Positions 40,270 through 50,648 of a DNA stretch of 64,000 nucleotides are shown piece by piece; position 1 is the first letter of the stretch, and each line of letters opens with the position of its first letter. A program made the translations under genes and the position numbers. Source of the stretch: a virus; the IMG/VR virus record IMGVR_UViG_3300006927_000001, positions 17,874 through 81,873 of that record; one strand, written 5' to 3'. The notes under the pieces are model-generated. The model was not told the origin of the DNA. It saw only the letters and a list, made by a program, of their open reading frames with translations, and made no database searches.

Positions 40270-41100
40270 TTACAATAAAACATCACTTTTGAAACCAGCA
40301 GCCTTGGCATGTCCTCCACCGTCATGCATTTTTGCAATTGCACTCACATCTATTTCCCCTCGGGATCTGAGTGAATAAACGTAGTAACCGTCTCCATGAA
40401 CAAAGTAAGTTCCACCTACACCTGTCTCTTCAGCCAATTGTCCAGCAAGATCTGAGATCACGTCTCGCATAGTACAATTGACTACGGGAACTGGAACATC
40501 ACAATGTGGAATATTGATCATGACTGCATTTTCTTTAGCACCTTCAACAATGAGTTCCAAGTAACGTGAAAGAATGATACCTGCTTCAAATACATCATCT
40601 GAATACAATTCATTCCAAATTTTGAAATCAAATGGGTATGTACGTAGACCATCATTGACCTCACGACTGCCTGGTAACTCCCACTTCCAAAGATCACGAT
40701 CCTCTGTATAAAGAACTTGCCATGGTGGGACAGCTTCATTTTGAAAATGTTCCCAGGTCAAACGAGCACCGCTCTTGGTCATGTCAAAAACCAAAGTAAG
40801 ATTGTCAAAAGACGTTCTTTCTTGTCCTGTTTCAATATTTTCAAGTTCAGCCTCGGCTGTTTTGTGGTGATCAAGACAAATAACTTGTCTTGCACGATCG
40901 CAGATCCTGTGCATTGTTTCCTTGTTGTACGAAAAATCAAGAATATAGACGACTGCATCCTCTAAATCCAATGGAACTGGTTGACTATATTGAACAGGGA
41001 TAAATTGAATGTCGTCACCAGTAAGATGATTCCATGCAACCCAAGCAGCACAGAAACCATCAAAACAAGACGCATGATACAGAACTCTGATCTTACTCAT
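40270..41100 (-). CDS. DHH/DHHA1 phosphoesterase
   Basis: YHASCFDG, LDFS, LDHHK, SLRS, and GGGHAKAAG. Confidence 0.92.
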   Translation of the reverse strand: MSKIRVLYHASCFDGFCAAWVAWNHLTGDDIQFIPVQYSQPVPLDLEDAVVYILDFSYNKETMHRICDRARQVICLDHHKTAEAELENIETGQERTSFDNLTLVFDMTKSGARLTWEHFQNEAVPPWQVLYTEDRDLWKWELPGSREVNDGLRTYPFDFKIWNELYSDDVFEAGIILSRYLELIVEGAKENAVMINIPHCDVPVPVVNCTMRDVISDLAGQLAEETGVGGTYFVHGDGYYVYSLRSRGEIDVSAIAKMHDGGGHAKAAGFKSDVLL

Positions 41101-41179
41101 ACTACAAATACCTTTTTATCATATTCATCGGGACGAATCAAACGAACAAACACATGCCCTTGTATCTCTGGAACATCCA

Positions 41180-43303
41180 TTAGGCCGCGACTCCATACAT
41201 CTGTTTCAAAGCCCCAAGAGCCATAAGTTCCAAACGACGTGAATTCATCAAGGAATCATATACACGTTTATCAGAAGGCAGATGAAAACAGTCATAAATC
41301 CAACCACCACGCACCATGTCCATCCCAATGCGATGCCCGCGATCAACAGCTTGCGTTCTGTTCTCGGGATTGAAGTCATTACTAAAAAAGAATGTCCCAG
41401 GAGAAGCAGTAAGAGTAATACCCATCCCAGCAGACCCTGGGTTGCCAACGAAGCAAACATATGGAAACCTTTCACGTTGTTGATCGTAAATCATTAATAA
41501 GTCAGCTTTTGAACCTTGGATCACATCACCCTTAGGTGTTTCCATGAACCAACCACGTCCATCACATTTGAACGATGTCCAACCCTGTTGATGACAAATC
41601 TTACATATACGATCAATTGAACCTTGAAAACCTGCATATACATTAAAGCGACCAATCTCTTGGTGCATTTCAAGCAAGTCTGTAAGAACCTTATCTTTAG
41701 GACAAGGAACTTCATCCATTGTTCGATGCATTTCTTGTACAAGTTTTTGTCCTGCACAATTAAAGCATTCAATTTCACGTGTTCCAAGATTGATAGATTC
41801 TTCACCTACGATTTCAGGTATAAATTCCAAAGGATCTTCATCTTCTGGAAGTTTTTCCCAAAGATACCTCACACCTTTCTGAATTTCATCTGGTAATAAA
41901 AAATGATCAGGATCATTTGTGTCGAAATATTCAAGTTGAAAACCTTTTGCTTCACAACCAGGACAATCAATTTTCTTTCCAGTTGGTGTATCTTTGTAGA
42001 TAAAACCATCGCTCAAAGTTCGTAACTTACTAAGAGCATCAACAGTCCTAACTTCGTTTGCAACGATTAATTTAGCGGCACGAAGAATTTCTTCTGTAGG
42101 TTCAACTTCAAAGATTTTGTATCGTTTTTCAGGAAGGTCTAAACAGTCCTTCTTAAATTTAACAAGGACTAATCCTTCTGTTCGATCATTCAACTTTTCA
42201 ATTTCATTGACACCTTTAACATACTTGTGAAGTTTTTCCAAATTGGCAAGATTAACAAAATTCAATGTAGAATCATGAATAGGATTATCTTCTAACTTTC
42301 CACATAATTTACATTTTTCTTCATCATCTCGCCACACTTCTAATTTCTTGTATTTACCTCCAGCGGCACCTTCGTATTCCGCAAGTATACCTAATCGCTC
42401 GCGAAAAAGATACCAATTTGCTTCTGACAAGAAACCTGGTGCTACAATTTCACATTGTTTCCAAATATCTGCTGGTGTTTTTGGTGAAGGTGAACCTGAT
42501 AATTCTGCTATGATACACTCAGTTCCCCAATGCTTACGCATTGCATCCGCAATCATTTGAGCAGCAATTGATCTTTGTGTTTCTGGTGTTTTACAACGTG
42601 AAGATTCATCCAGAACCAAAATACGTGGTGGCGGTCTATTCGGGTCCCAAGTATTAACAACCTTAACTAAACCTTGATAACTATGAAGTTGTGGAGCAAT
42701 AGGTGTATTCCATTTCATGAAATCTACTTGAGCCGCAGCAATAGCTGATAAAGGTGCAGCCCAAACTATATCTGTCCACTTAAAATCCCAAATCTTCTGT
42801 AGCATTTCAACCATGATAATGGCAGCAAGAGTTTTGCCTGTACCCATTTCACATGCCCAAAGAAAATGACGTACAGAAAAACCATGTTGAATCATGTCAA
42901 TTTGATGATCATAAGGTTCAAGAGTTTTGAATACTCTGTTAGCACAATATTCCTTTATTTCTTCTGGTAAAATCAAATTCCTTTCCCATTGTGTATAAGG
43001 AGAAGGTCCAAATTTCCCCATAAAAGCTTCAAGTTGAAAGATATTTCTTTGAGTTATAGGTGCAGACCATACCTTTGTTGGCTCTGTGTATGGAGCCATA
43101 TTATCAGGAAAACCATGATACCTTCGTTTTTCAAACGATGATTTTATATCATCTATCAATTCACGCACGTAACCGAAATGAAAAGCCATTCGATCACCTT
43201 CAATTCTTTTAATACGTACAGGTGTATATTGTCCACCTGCAAGAAAATGCGTATCAAAATGATCTTGTTCTAATAATTCTAGTGTTGACTTCGCAGCGAC
43301 CAT
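41180..43303 (-). CDS. SNF2-family helicase
   Basis: EMGTGKT, LDESS, SGSP, GMGITLT, and QAVDRGHRIG. Confidence 0.9.
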   Translation of the reverse strand: MVAAKSTLELLEQDHFDTHFLAGGQYTPVRIKRIEGDRMAFHFGYVRELIDDIKSSFEKRRYHGFPDNMAPYTEPTKVWSAPITQRNIFQLEAFMGKFGPSPYTQWERNLILPEEIKEYCANRVFKTLEPYDHQIDMIQHGFSVRHFLWACEMGTGKTLAAIIMVEMLQKIWDFKWTDIVWAAPLSAIAAAQVDFMKWNTPIAPQLHSYQGLVKVVNTWDPNRPPPRILVLDESSRCKTPETQRSIAAQMIADAMRKHWGTECIIAELSGSPSPKTPADIWKQCEIVAPGFLSEANWYLFRERLGILAEYEGAAGGKYKKLEVWRDDEEKCKLCGKLEDNPIHDSTLNFVNLANLEKLHKYVKGVNEIEKLNDRTEGLVLVKFKKDCLDLPEKRYKIFEVEPTEEILRAAKLIVANEVRTVDALSKLRTLSDGFIYKDTPTGKKIDCPGCEAKGFQLEYFDTNDPDHFLLPDEIQKGVRYLWEKLPEDEDPLEFIPEIVGEESINLGTREIECFNCAGQKLVQEMHRTMDEVPCPKDKVLTDLLEMHQEIGRFNVYAGFQGSIDRICKICHQQGWTSFKCDGRGWFMETPKGDVIQGSKADLLMIYDQQRERFPYVCFVGNPGSAGMGITLTASPGTFFFSNDFNPENRTQAVDRGHRIGMDMVRGGWIYDCFHLPSDKRVYDSLMNSRRLELMALGALKQMYGVAA

Positions 43304-43742
43304 GTGCCATCTTTCTCTGATATTTTGGACCATCCTTTGAATACTGTGATAAATCCAGCATGTTCAAGATGATTTTGAATCTGATTGGATATATGACGCA
43401 TTTCTATTTCTTCAAAAAACATTTTACAGAAATACGACCACGTAAAAACAGAACCTGTTGCAAGAGTTACAAACATATTCTTATGCTTTTTCGCTTCCTG
43501 TACAGTAAATTTTACTCCAGGAGTAAATGTAAATAAGTGATGTAAATCTTCCCAAGGACACAGAATAATGAATCCTAAATTAAAATGACTCAATATATTA
43601 TCATCAAACATACCTAGACAAACAAATGCTTCACTTGCATCTTTTTCTTGTGTAGAAAGATTGATACCTGATGCTGCATCTACAACTTGACGTAAAGTTG
43701 AAAGATCAAATTCACATTGACTCAAACCAAATACATTTTGTT

Positions 43743-44438
43743 TCATTGAAAAAACTCCGGTGTCCGTGCATCCCCAAGAATTTGACCTTCCTGGTTATTC
43801 ACTTCAGTTGTACTTATTTCACCTTTATGATCTACAAGTGTTGGTGAATGTGTTAAAAGTTTCTTTCCACAAAAAGTTAATACATGACCTATAGCACAGT
43901 CTAAATGTACAGCTGAAGAATGTGGTCCTTGTGCAGCGAGTTTGAAATTTGCTTCATGAACATTTACAATTAAATTGAGATGTTCACGTGGAAATAACAA
44001 ACAACACGCACCACACCAAGACATATCACCAGGCATTTGGGGTTTGTGCCAATTACCTTTTTCAAACATAGCTGAATTGTGCTTAGAACAATAAGGTGAA
44101 ATGAAACCAGGAAGATCATCTTCAAGATCGAGGATCAACTTCCTAGTTTCACGTGAACATCCTTGCATGAATTCAATATCATCCTCACACATCATGATCC
44201 ATGGACTAGCATTTACCTCTAATATTCTTTTGGCCGCATACAACCAATTATGAACAATACCAAGTTGATTAGGACTTTCATAATAGAGAACACGATCTTT
44301 ATACAAGAACGGTGGAGTCTGTGGTTCTGCGAAGACAAATGGGACAATATCCCATTCAGTTAAGAAAGACCTCAACATAGACGTGATGTAATTCACGTTA
44401 TCGGGTCTTGGAGAAGTTATGATCCCGGCGGCGATCAT
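43743..44438 (-). CDS. GT-A fold glycosyltransferase
   Basis: MCEDD, CGACCL, HLD, and HSPTLVDHKG. Confidence 0.75.
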   Translation of the reverse strand: MIAAGIITSPRPDNVNYITSMLRSFLTEWDIVPFVFAEPQTPPFLYKDRVLYYESPNQLGIVHNWLYAAKRILEVNASPWIMMCEDDIEFMQGCSRETRKLILDLEDDLPGFISPYCSKHNSAMFEKGNWHKPQMPGDMSWCGACCLLFPREHLNLIVNVHEANFKLAAQGPHSSAVHLDCAIGHVLTFCGKKLLTHSPTLVDHKGEISTTEVNNQEGQILGDARTPEFFQ

Positions 44439-44458
44439 ACATCAGTCCTTTCAAATAA

Positions 44459-44487
44459 ACTCCGGGAGAGAAATTCTCTCCCGGAGT
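44459..44487 (-). terminator. intrinsic terminator
   Basis: Perfect 14-bp inverted repeat actccgggagagaa/ttctctcccggagt followed by a T-rich tract on the minus strand. Confidence 0.75.
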
Positions 44488-44502
44488 CCACCACCATCAT
44501 CC

Positions 44503-45234
44503 CTATCGACGTGACTCACCTTCTGCTGCTGTTTCCACAGCCCCTTCCGGTGCATTCTCATCCTTTTCCGGTTCTATCTTGGCTGGAGGATTATTGAACT
44601 TGTTAACTTCCTCCACCAATTGTGCTTTTTCAGGCATGTCAATCACAAGATCGTAAAAGGCTGTCCGTGGACCATGCCAAATGTTTGTACCTTTCTCAAT
44701 CAAATGTGCCGTTTGTGTAGCAAACCATTTTTTGCTATCCACAATCGCCACCAAGTTAGGTGCTTCATTTCGACCAGTTGCATTGCCCATGAAATACCCT
44801 GCAAAACACTTTTGCTCAGGCAACCAAACCAAAAATTCGACTCCATGTCCAAAACCACCTTTGATATTTTTGTCCTCAGCTTTGGTAAGACAATCTTGAA
44901 ATTCTTCGGATTCAGGATCAAAGAACGAAGTTGGAGGTGGACCAAAAACCATGGCCTTCGGTCGCCATGCAAAGAATCCTGCGGCAAATTCTTCACTGAG
45001 GTCTGTCACATTGCGTCCACGAACCAAACCAAAATGACCAATGGGAAATTCCCCCTTTTTTACTGGTTTGGATTCACCACCCATCAACTGGATATACGGG
45101 AGCCAGTCACCAACTTTTGTTGCGGCTGCAAGAGCTTTGTCTGTACTATACCTGCTAGGCTCAGTGCCTGCAAGTAAATTGTCGTCTGGTACTGCTAAAG
45201 TATTTTCTTCCGTTGTAGCGATTTCATTACTCAT
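44503..45234 (-). CDS. putative single-stranded DNA-binding protein
   Basis: LPYIQL motif, aromatic-rich core, acidic tail, and location in the replication module. Confidence 0.45.
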   Translation of the reverse strand: MSNEIATTEENTLAVPDDNLLAGTEPSRYSTDKALAAATKVGDWLPYIQLMGGESKPVKKGEFPIGHFGLVRGRNVTDLSEEFAAGFFAWRPKAMVFGPPPTSFFDPESEEFQDCLTKAEDKNIKGGFGHGVEFLVWLPEQKCFAGYFMGNATGRNEAPNLVAIVDSKKWFATQTAHLIEKGTNIWHGPRTAFYDLVIDMPEKAQLVEEVNKFNNPPAKIEPEKDENAPEGAVETAAEGESRR

Positions 45235-45346
45235 TTTTTTCTCGTTTCAAAATCAAAGATCAAAGATCAAAGAACAAATAAAAATAGATGGCAGCCCGCC
45301 CTTACATGACGGACCACCACCGCACTTGCCGCCGGGCAATGTTTCA

Positions 45347-46384
45347 CTACATGTTCACAATGTTGGCAGCATCTTTCGCAGCAGCATCTTGCTTGGCATC
45401 TTCTCGCTCTTTCTTCTTGCGTTCAACCTCGTCCTTTTTCTTCTGTTTACGGACGATATCCGCCTCACGTTGAGCTTGCTGCGAAGCCTCATCGAAATTG
45501 AGAGTCCAAGCTAATGCCAAAGATACGATATCACTCGGACTTGTGAGTCCACCATCTGTGACCAAAGCCAAGATGGCACCGCTACCTTCAGCCACAGCTT
45601 CAAACTCTTCCTTCAACACCGTAATCTTGCGAAGATGCATTGCGGGCTGAAATTCAGCCGGTGCTGCATCTTTGCCAGCTTTCTTTGCGTCTCGAATTTC
45701 CTTGACGCGTGCCTTCATACGTGGCACAAACGTTTGAGGCTGTTCCGTTTGAGCAGCATCCACGTGCTCTGCCTGTTCTTCTTCGGGAAGCTTGGATAGA
45801 GCATAAGCGTTGGTAAGATGGATCTTGCCAGCATCGACAAGTTCTTGAATTCCATCCTGCAACTTGTTGAGTGAAAGTCTTTGTTCCACCCACGTCTTGG
45901 ATTGACACACTTTCTGTGCCAATTGTGTCACAGTCATGAAAGGATTCCGCGAAAGAATGCGGAGAAGGTGGCGACTGTACTCGGCGGGTCGTGTAACAAC
46001 ACGTGTTGCATTGGTGATGATCTGAGCTTCAAGCAACTCACCATCATCCATTGAAACGACGAATGCAGGAATTTCAAATCGACCTGCATCCGTTGATGCC
46101 GTGAATCGTTGCAAACCATCAATCAGTCCATACTTGGTAACACCAAGGCTATCGAGTTCACGAACCAAGATCGGTTGCAAAACACCACGTTCTCGAATGG
46201 AATTGACCAACAACTGATACTCCTCACGTTGACGATCAACGTCACGTAAAGAGATCTCAGATTTCTCGATCAATCCCAAAGGAATGATCTTCGTTACCGT
46301 TCCGGCCTTTTCCTGTGCAGCTGCGATCTCTTCTTTTTCGATCGCATCCACGGACCGTTCTACAGTAGCAGCATCAGTTGACAT
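45347..46384 (-). CDS. ParB/RepB/Spo0J-family protein
   Basis: GVLQPILVR, LIDGLQRF, HTH LAQKVCQSKTWVEQRLSL, and GKIHLTNAYAL. Confidence 0.9.
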   Translation of the reverse strand: MSTDAATVERSVDAIEKEEIAAAQEKAGTVTKIIPLGLIEKSEISLRDVDRQREEYQLLVNSIRERGVLQPILVRELDSLGVTKYGLIDGLQRFTASTDAGRFEIPAFVVSMDDGELLEAQIITNATRVVTRPAEYSRHLLRILSRNPFMTVTQLAQKVCQSKTWVEQRLSLNKLQDGIQELVDAGKIHLTNAYALSKLPEEEQAEHVDAAQTEQPQTFVPRMKARVKEIRDAKKAGKDAAPAEFQPAMHLRKITVLKEEFEAVAEGSGAILALVTDGGLTSPSDIVSLALAWTLNFDEASQQAQREADIVRKQKKKDEVERKKKEREDAKQDAAAKDAANIVNM

Positions 46385-46450
46385 AGTGCTTCTCTTTCAT
46401 CAATAAGGATTTGAAATCATCAGCCGACTACGATTCTTGATCGGCCAAAA

Positions 46451-46513
46451 TACACTATATTATACGAGTTTTAGCTGTAATAATTACGCAAAATAAACGT
46501 ATAATATAGTGTA
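46451..46513. promoter_or_regulatory. divergent promoter pair forming a 16-bp inverted repeat
   Basis: tacactatattatacg (46451-46466) and cgtataatatagtgta (46498-46513); each carries a TATAAT facing outward. Confidence 0.75.
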
Positions 46514-46655
46514 AGTTTGTAAATTGATTTGATTTAGAATTTACAAACTAACTTACTTATGAGGGTTAGATTATTGATCAGAAAAAATATAACTACCCTA
46601 TAAAGTGAGCTATTAGACTTGCCCCCTATTTGTAAGTAATTTTGTAGGAACAAAA

Positions 46656-49352
46656 ATGACCGTATCAAGAATCGCATCTATTTTAAGGATGTTAAATCAA
46701 AACACCCACAACGATCTAGCATCTCTTTATAATAGTGGAATGGAATGTCAGGTCAACGTTGCACAAGATCTTGGTGAAGCTATTCAAGGTAAATTTGAAG
46801 GCAAATCCTGGACAGGATATACAGACGGTGATCAAACTTGGAAACCATTTCGCATCCCTTATAATGCGAATTCAACGCCCGAGTATGATGTTACAACACC
46901 TATGAATTTTGATCTTGCTGAACATGCTGAAGCTATCGGGATGACGGGTTGGGACTGGCAAAATTGTGTTAGCCGTTGGGTCGCTTTTGATTTCGATGCA
47001 ATTGTAGGTCACTCAGATAAGCATAGTTCTAAACTAAGTGTTGAGGATCTTGTACGAGTGAAACAAGCAGCCTGTGATATACCGTGGGTGACTGTGCGTC
47101 ATTCAACAGGTGGACGTGGGTTACACCTGTATGTGTTTCTTGATCCTGTATCTACAGCCAACCATACAGAACACCAAGCTTTGGCACGTTCTATTTTGTC
47201 CCTGATGTCAGGAATTGCACGTTATGATTTCGCATCCAAGGTTGACATTTGTGGTGGCAATATGTGGATTTGGCATCGTAAGATGCAAAAAAGTCCACAA
47301 GCTTTAGACCTCATCAAACAAGGTAAAATACTTAAAGAAATACCTGCAAATTGGCGTGACCATATAGCTGTTATGAAGGGTAATAGAAAGAAGATCAAAC
47401 AACGAATACCAGCATCAGAAGAATTACCAGAATTACATGAAAAATTTGATCAAACAGCTGGTCAACAAAATTTAATTGCTTTGGATCTTATACACAAAAA
47501 GTTAATTGATTATCTTCATCAAAATTGTTCAAGACAATGGTGGTGGGATTCTGATCATCATATGCTTGTCACACATACGTTGGATCTGAAATCAGCACAT
47601 GAGGCTCTTGCCTTCAAAGGTATTTACGAAACAAGTTCACCTGGTAATGATGCTGAACAAAACTGTTTCGCTTTTCCAATGCGACAAGGTGCTTGGTCAA
47701 TCAGACGTTATTCATTAGGTGCAAGTGAACATGCATCATGGGAACAAGATGGTCGTGGTTGGACTAAGTGTTACTTGAATTATGAACCCAATCTTAAGAT
47801 TGCTGCTCTTGCTCATGAAGGACTTGAAAGACCTTCAGGTGGATATGCTTTCAATTCACTTGCTGACGCAAAAGAAGCTGGATTAGCCGTCGGTTCTGAA
47901 ATCAAAACACCAGCAGGCATGGACGGTCGTACTGCGACCATCAAAATGCATAAAGATCGATCTCGAATCATTGTTGAAATTCCAGCAGAACATCATGATC
48001 AACCAGGAGACATGCTCAGTTGGTTACGTGAAAAGAATAAGTGGGTAAGGATCTTGAATGCAAATCTCAGTAACGAAGGTGAAGTTGAAACAGAAAGTGT
48101 TGATGATTTCTGCCGACATATTGTTACACGTGACGGCGGAGATGCAGGTTGGATGATTCGAGGTGATGAATGGTGGAGACAAGAACCTTTGACACATGTT
48201 AAACTGGCTCTCAAGACACACGGATACAATGCACCAGAAGTTGATAAAATTGTTGGTGGAAATGTTTGTAAACCATGGCTCTTGACCGTTGCACCCTTTC
48301 AATCAGAATATCCAGGCGATAGACAATGGAACAAGAACGCTCCACAACTAAAACATGTGCCTAGCAATAATGATACCCTCTCTTTTCCTCATTGGCAAAT
48401 GATCTTAGATCATGTAGGCAAGGGTTTAGACGTTGCTGTAATAGAGTCAAATTGGTGCACAAGCAATAATATAGTCTCAGGTTCAGACTATCTTAAATGT
48501 TGGGTTGCTTCTTTGTTCCAATATCCACTTCAACCTCTTCCGTATCTATTTATCTTCTCTGATAAACAGAATACAGGAAAATCCATCCTTCATGAGTCTT
48601 TGAATTTGCTTTTCAGTCCCGGATACAGGCGAGCAGACCATTCGCTTGGTGGTTCAATTTTCAATGGTGAACTTGAAGGTGCAATTCTTTGTGTAATAGA
48701 AGAAACCAATCTTGCTACAAATAAAACAGCTAATGCAAAGATAAAAGATTGGGTAACTTCACCTATGTTACCTATACACAAAAAAATGTTGACACCTTAT
48801 GAGGTTATAAATACAACTCATTGGATACATTGTTCTAATTTCAAAACAGACTGTCCTATATGGCCAGGTGATACACGTATCACAATGATAAATGTACCAG
48901 AACTTCCTGTTAATCCAATACCAAAACCAGTCTTTATGGAAGTTTTGGCCAAAGAAGCACCAGATTTTCTAGCTGCATTGCTATCACTAGAAATACCAGC
49001 TTCAAACGATAGGTTAAGATTACCTGTTCTCAATACACAACAAAAACTTGAAGCAGCTAAGATCAATGAAAATTTAGTTGAAATTTTCTTACGTGAAGCC
49101 TGTCATGAAGCACCAGGTTACATGATCTCGTTGGCAAAATTTGCAGAAGCATACATTGCATGGTTAGACCCCAGCGAACGTATTGGTTTGACAAAACGTA
49201 AAATTAGTTCATCTATGCCTGATAGAATTCCTAAAGGACGAAACCCTTATAATGCAGCATGGTCCTGGGGTAACATATCTTTCAAAGTTCCTGATGAAAC
49301 TCGATCACCGTTAATTTGTTTTGAAGAAAAACTCGTAAGCAAGGAAATGTAA
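46656..49352 (+). CDS. primase-helicase (AEP primase plus SF3/DUF5906-type ATPase)
   Basis: AFDFD, STGGRGLHLY, QNTGKS (Walker A), CVIEE (Walker B), and DTRI. Confidence 0.85.
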   Translation: MTVSRIASILRMLNQNTHNDLASLYNSGMECQVNVAQDLGEAIQGKFEGKSWTGYTDGDQTWKPFRIPYNANSTPEYDVTTPMNFDLAEHAEAIGMTGWDWQNCVSRWVAFDFDAIVGHSDKHSSKLSVEDLVRVKQAACDIPWVTVRHSTGGRGLHLYVFLDPVSTANHTEHQALARSILSLMSGIARYDFASKVDICGGNMWIWHRKMQKSPQALDLIKQGKILKEIPANWRDHIAVMKGNRKKIKQRIPASEELPELHEKFDQTAGQQNLIALDLIHKKLIDYLHQNCSRQWWWDSDHHMLVTHTLDLKSAHEALAFKGIYETSSPGNDAEQNCFAFPMRQGAWSIRRYSLGASEHASWEQDGRGWTKCYLNYEPNLKIAALAHEGLERPSGGYAFNSLADAKEAGLAVGSEIKTPAGMDGRTATIKMHKDRSRIIVEIPAEHHDQPGDMLSWLREKNKWVRILNANLSNEGEVETESVDDFCRHIVTRDGGDAGWMIRGDEWWRQEPLTHVKLALKTHGYNAPEVDKIVGGNVCKPWLLTVAPFQSEYPGDRQWNKNAPQLKHVPSNNDTLSFPHWQMILDHVGKGLDVAVIESNWCTSNNIVSGSDYLKCWVASLFQYPLQPLPYLFIFSDKQNTGKSILHESLNLLFSPGYRRADHSLGGSIFNGELEGAILCVIEETNLATNKTANAKIKDWVTSPMLPIHKKMLTPYEVINTTHWIHCSNFKTDCPIWPGDTRITMINVPELPVNPIPKPVFMEVLAKEAPDFLAALLSLEIPASNDRLRLPVLNTQQKLEAAKINENLVEIFLREACHEAPGYMISLAKFAEAYIAWLDPSERIGLTKRKISSSMPDRIPKGRNPYNAAWSWGNISFKVPDETRSPLICFEEKLVSKEM

Positions 49353-49533
49353 TGAAATTTATTACACGTTGGAATGGATCATTGTTTCAGGGTGTAGGTT
49401 ACTGCAAAGAACCAGGTTGGTTTAATGTATGGTGTGGACCTTTTGATCTTGATTGTTTTAATTTTGAAACATACAGAAGTGTAAATCTTAGGATCTTCTG
49501 GTGGTGTTTTTACTTGAAAAAGGATAAGAAAAC

Positions 49534-50091
49534 ATGGAAATAATTTACGTAATGGGTGTTACATGTGTAGGTAAGTCTACTTTCATGCAACGTTCAGTCG
49601 ACATCATGGGTAACAAGATCGGACTCGTGGAAGTCGGCAAGGAAATGCGTAAGCGTTATCCTCCAGAACGATTTCGTGGTCAAGCAGCAATGGCTGACAC
49701 AGAAGATGAAATTTTTGAAATTTACACCAAACAATTAAAATCTCAGTTGGATAAAGAAATTATCTTAGTTGACGGTCAACCTCGTTTTGAATCTCAAGTC
49801 CCAAGGATCTGGAATCAACATCCTGAAATTTCGAAAAGTTGTCTTTGGTTGCATATTTCTGATTGTGTGATACAGGGACGAATACGTGAACGGTTCTCTA
49901 TTGAAGATCCAACTGACTGTTTTGAAAAAGGTACACAAGCAGCAAAACGTGATCTCGCACAACAACGTGTGACCAATGACAAGATTCAACTGTTTCCTGT
50001 TCTTTGGTTACTCATAAGTCGTGGTGTCAAGATAACACCACTTGAACATCTTTCCGATTTCAATCATCGACTTTTCTGGAAAGGATACTGA
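49534..50091 (+). CDS. nucleoside monophosphate kinase (adenylate kinase-like)
   Basis: GVTCVGKST and VDGQPR. Confidence 0.8.
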   Translation: MEIIYVMGVTCVGKSTFMQRSVDIMGNKIGLVEVGKEMRKRYPPERFRGQAAMADTEDEIFEIYTKQLKSQLDKEIILVDGQPRFESQVPRIWNQHPEISKSCLWLHISDCVIQGRIRERFSIEDPTDCFEKGTQAAKRDLAQQRVTNDKIQLFPVLWLLISRGVKITPLEHLSDFNHRLFWKGY

Positions 50092-50274
50092 TGATAAGAA
50101 AACCTGATGAAGTCACATGGGCCAACATAGGCAAATCATGTTTGTTGGGTTGGGACAAACAAGAATTTTTTGTTAACCGAATTACTTTGTCCATTTTCCT
50201 TGGTTCTTTGGTTTTAAGGTGGCACTTTGCCTGAATGGTGTAAGAACAACTCAACCAATCAACGGAGAATACAA

Positions 50275-50580
50275 ATGTTGGAATTCACCTACGCAAATGT
50301 TCCACCACCCGCTGCAAGAGCACCCGGAAAACTCAACACCAACCGTATCCGGCTCTGGTGGGACAACGATGTGCTCAAGTATGATCGCCGCTACGTGAGC
50401 AAAGATGGTAGCGTGAGCGATAACCCTATCGAACACACTTTCACCGGAACGTCAGTGCTCCACGTCGCCAAAAATATCCACTGGGGCTGCTGTGGCTGGT
50501 CCGCTGGTGGGCACCAACTCACCCAACTGCAAGACCTTATCAGGGAAACCGTCGAACCGGATGCAAATGGAACTCACTGA
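50275..50580 (+). CDS. hypothetical protein (GC-rich gene)
   Basis: ORF following a GGAG RBS. Confidence 0.6.
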   Translation: MLEFTYANVPPPAARAPGKLNTNRIRLWWDNDVLKYDRRYVSKDGSVSDNPIEHTFTGTSVLHVAKNIHWGCCGWSAGGHQLTQLQDLIRETVEPDANGTH

Positions 50581-50648
50581 ATTTGAAGAAATTTGTATGC
50601 TGAAAATCGTGCAGTACCGATGATTAAAATAACAGTGGAAGGAACAAA

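Noticed and set aside
43279-43746. ThyX-like protein
   Set aside because: There is only a vague resemblance and no RHRxxSxxxxSxR motif; left as hypothetical.
44620-45514. Long antisense ORFs (also 24023-24550, 32343-32828, 7204-7674)
   Set aside because: They are shadows of well-supported genes on the opposite strand.
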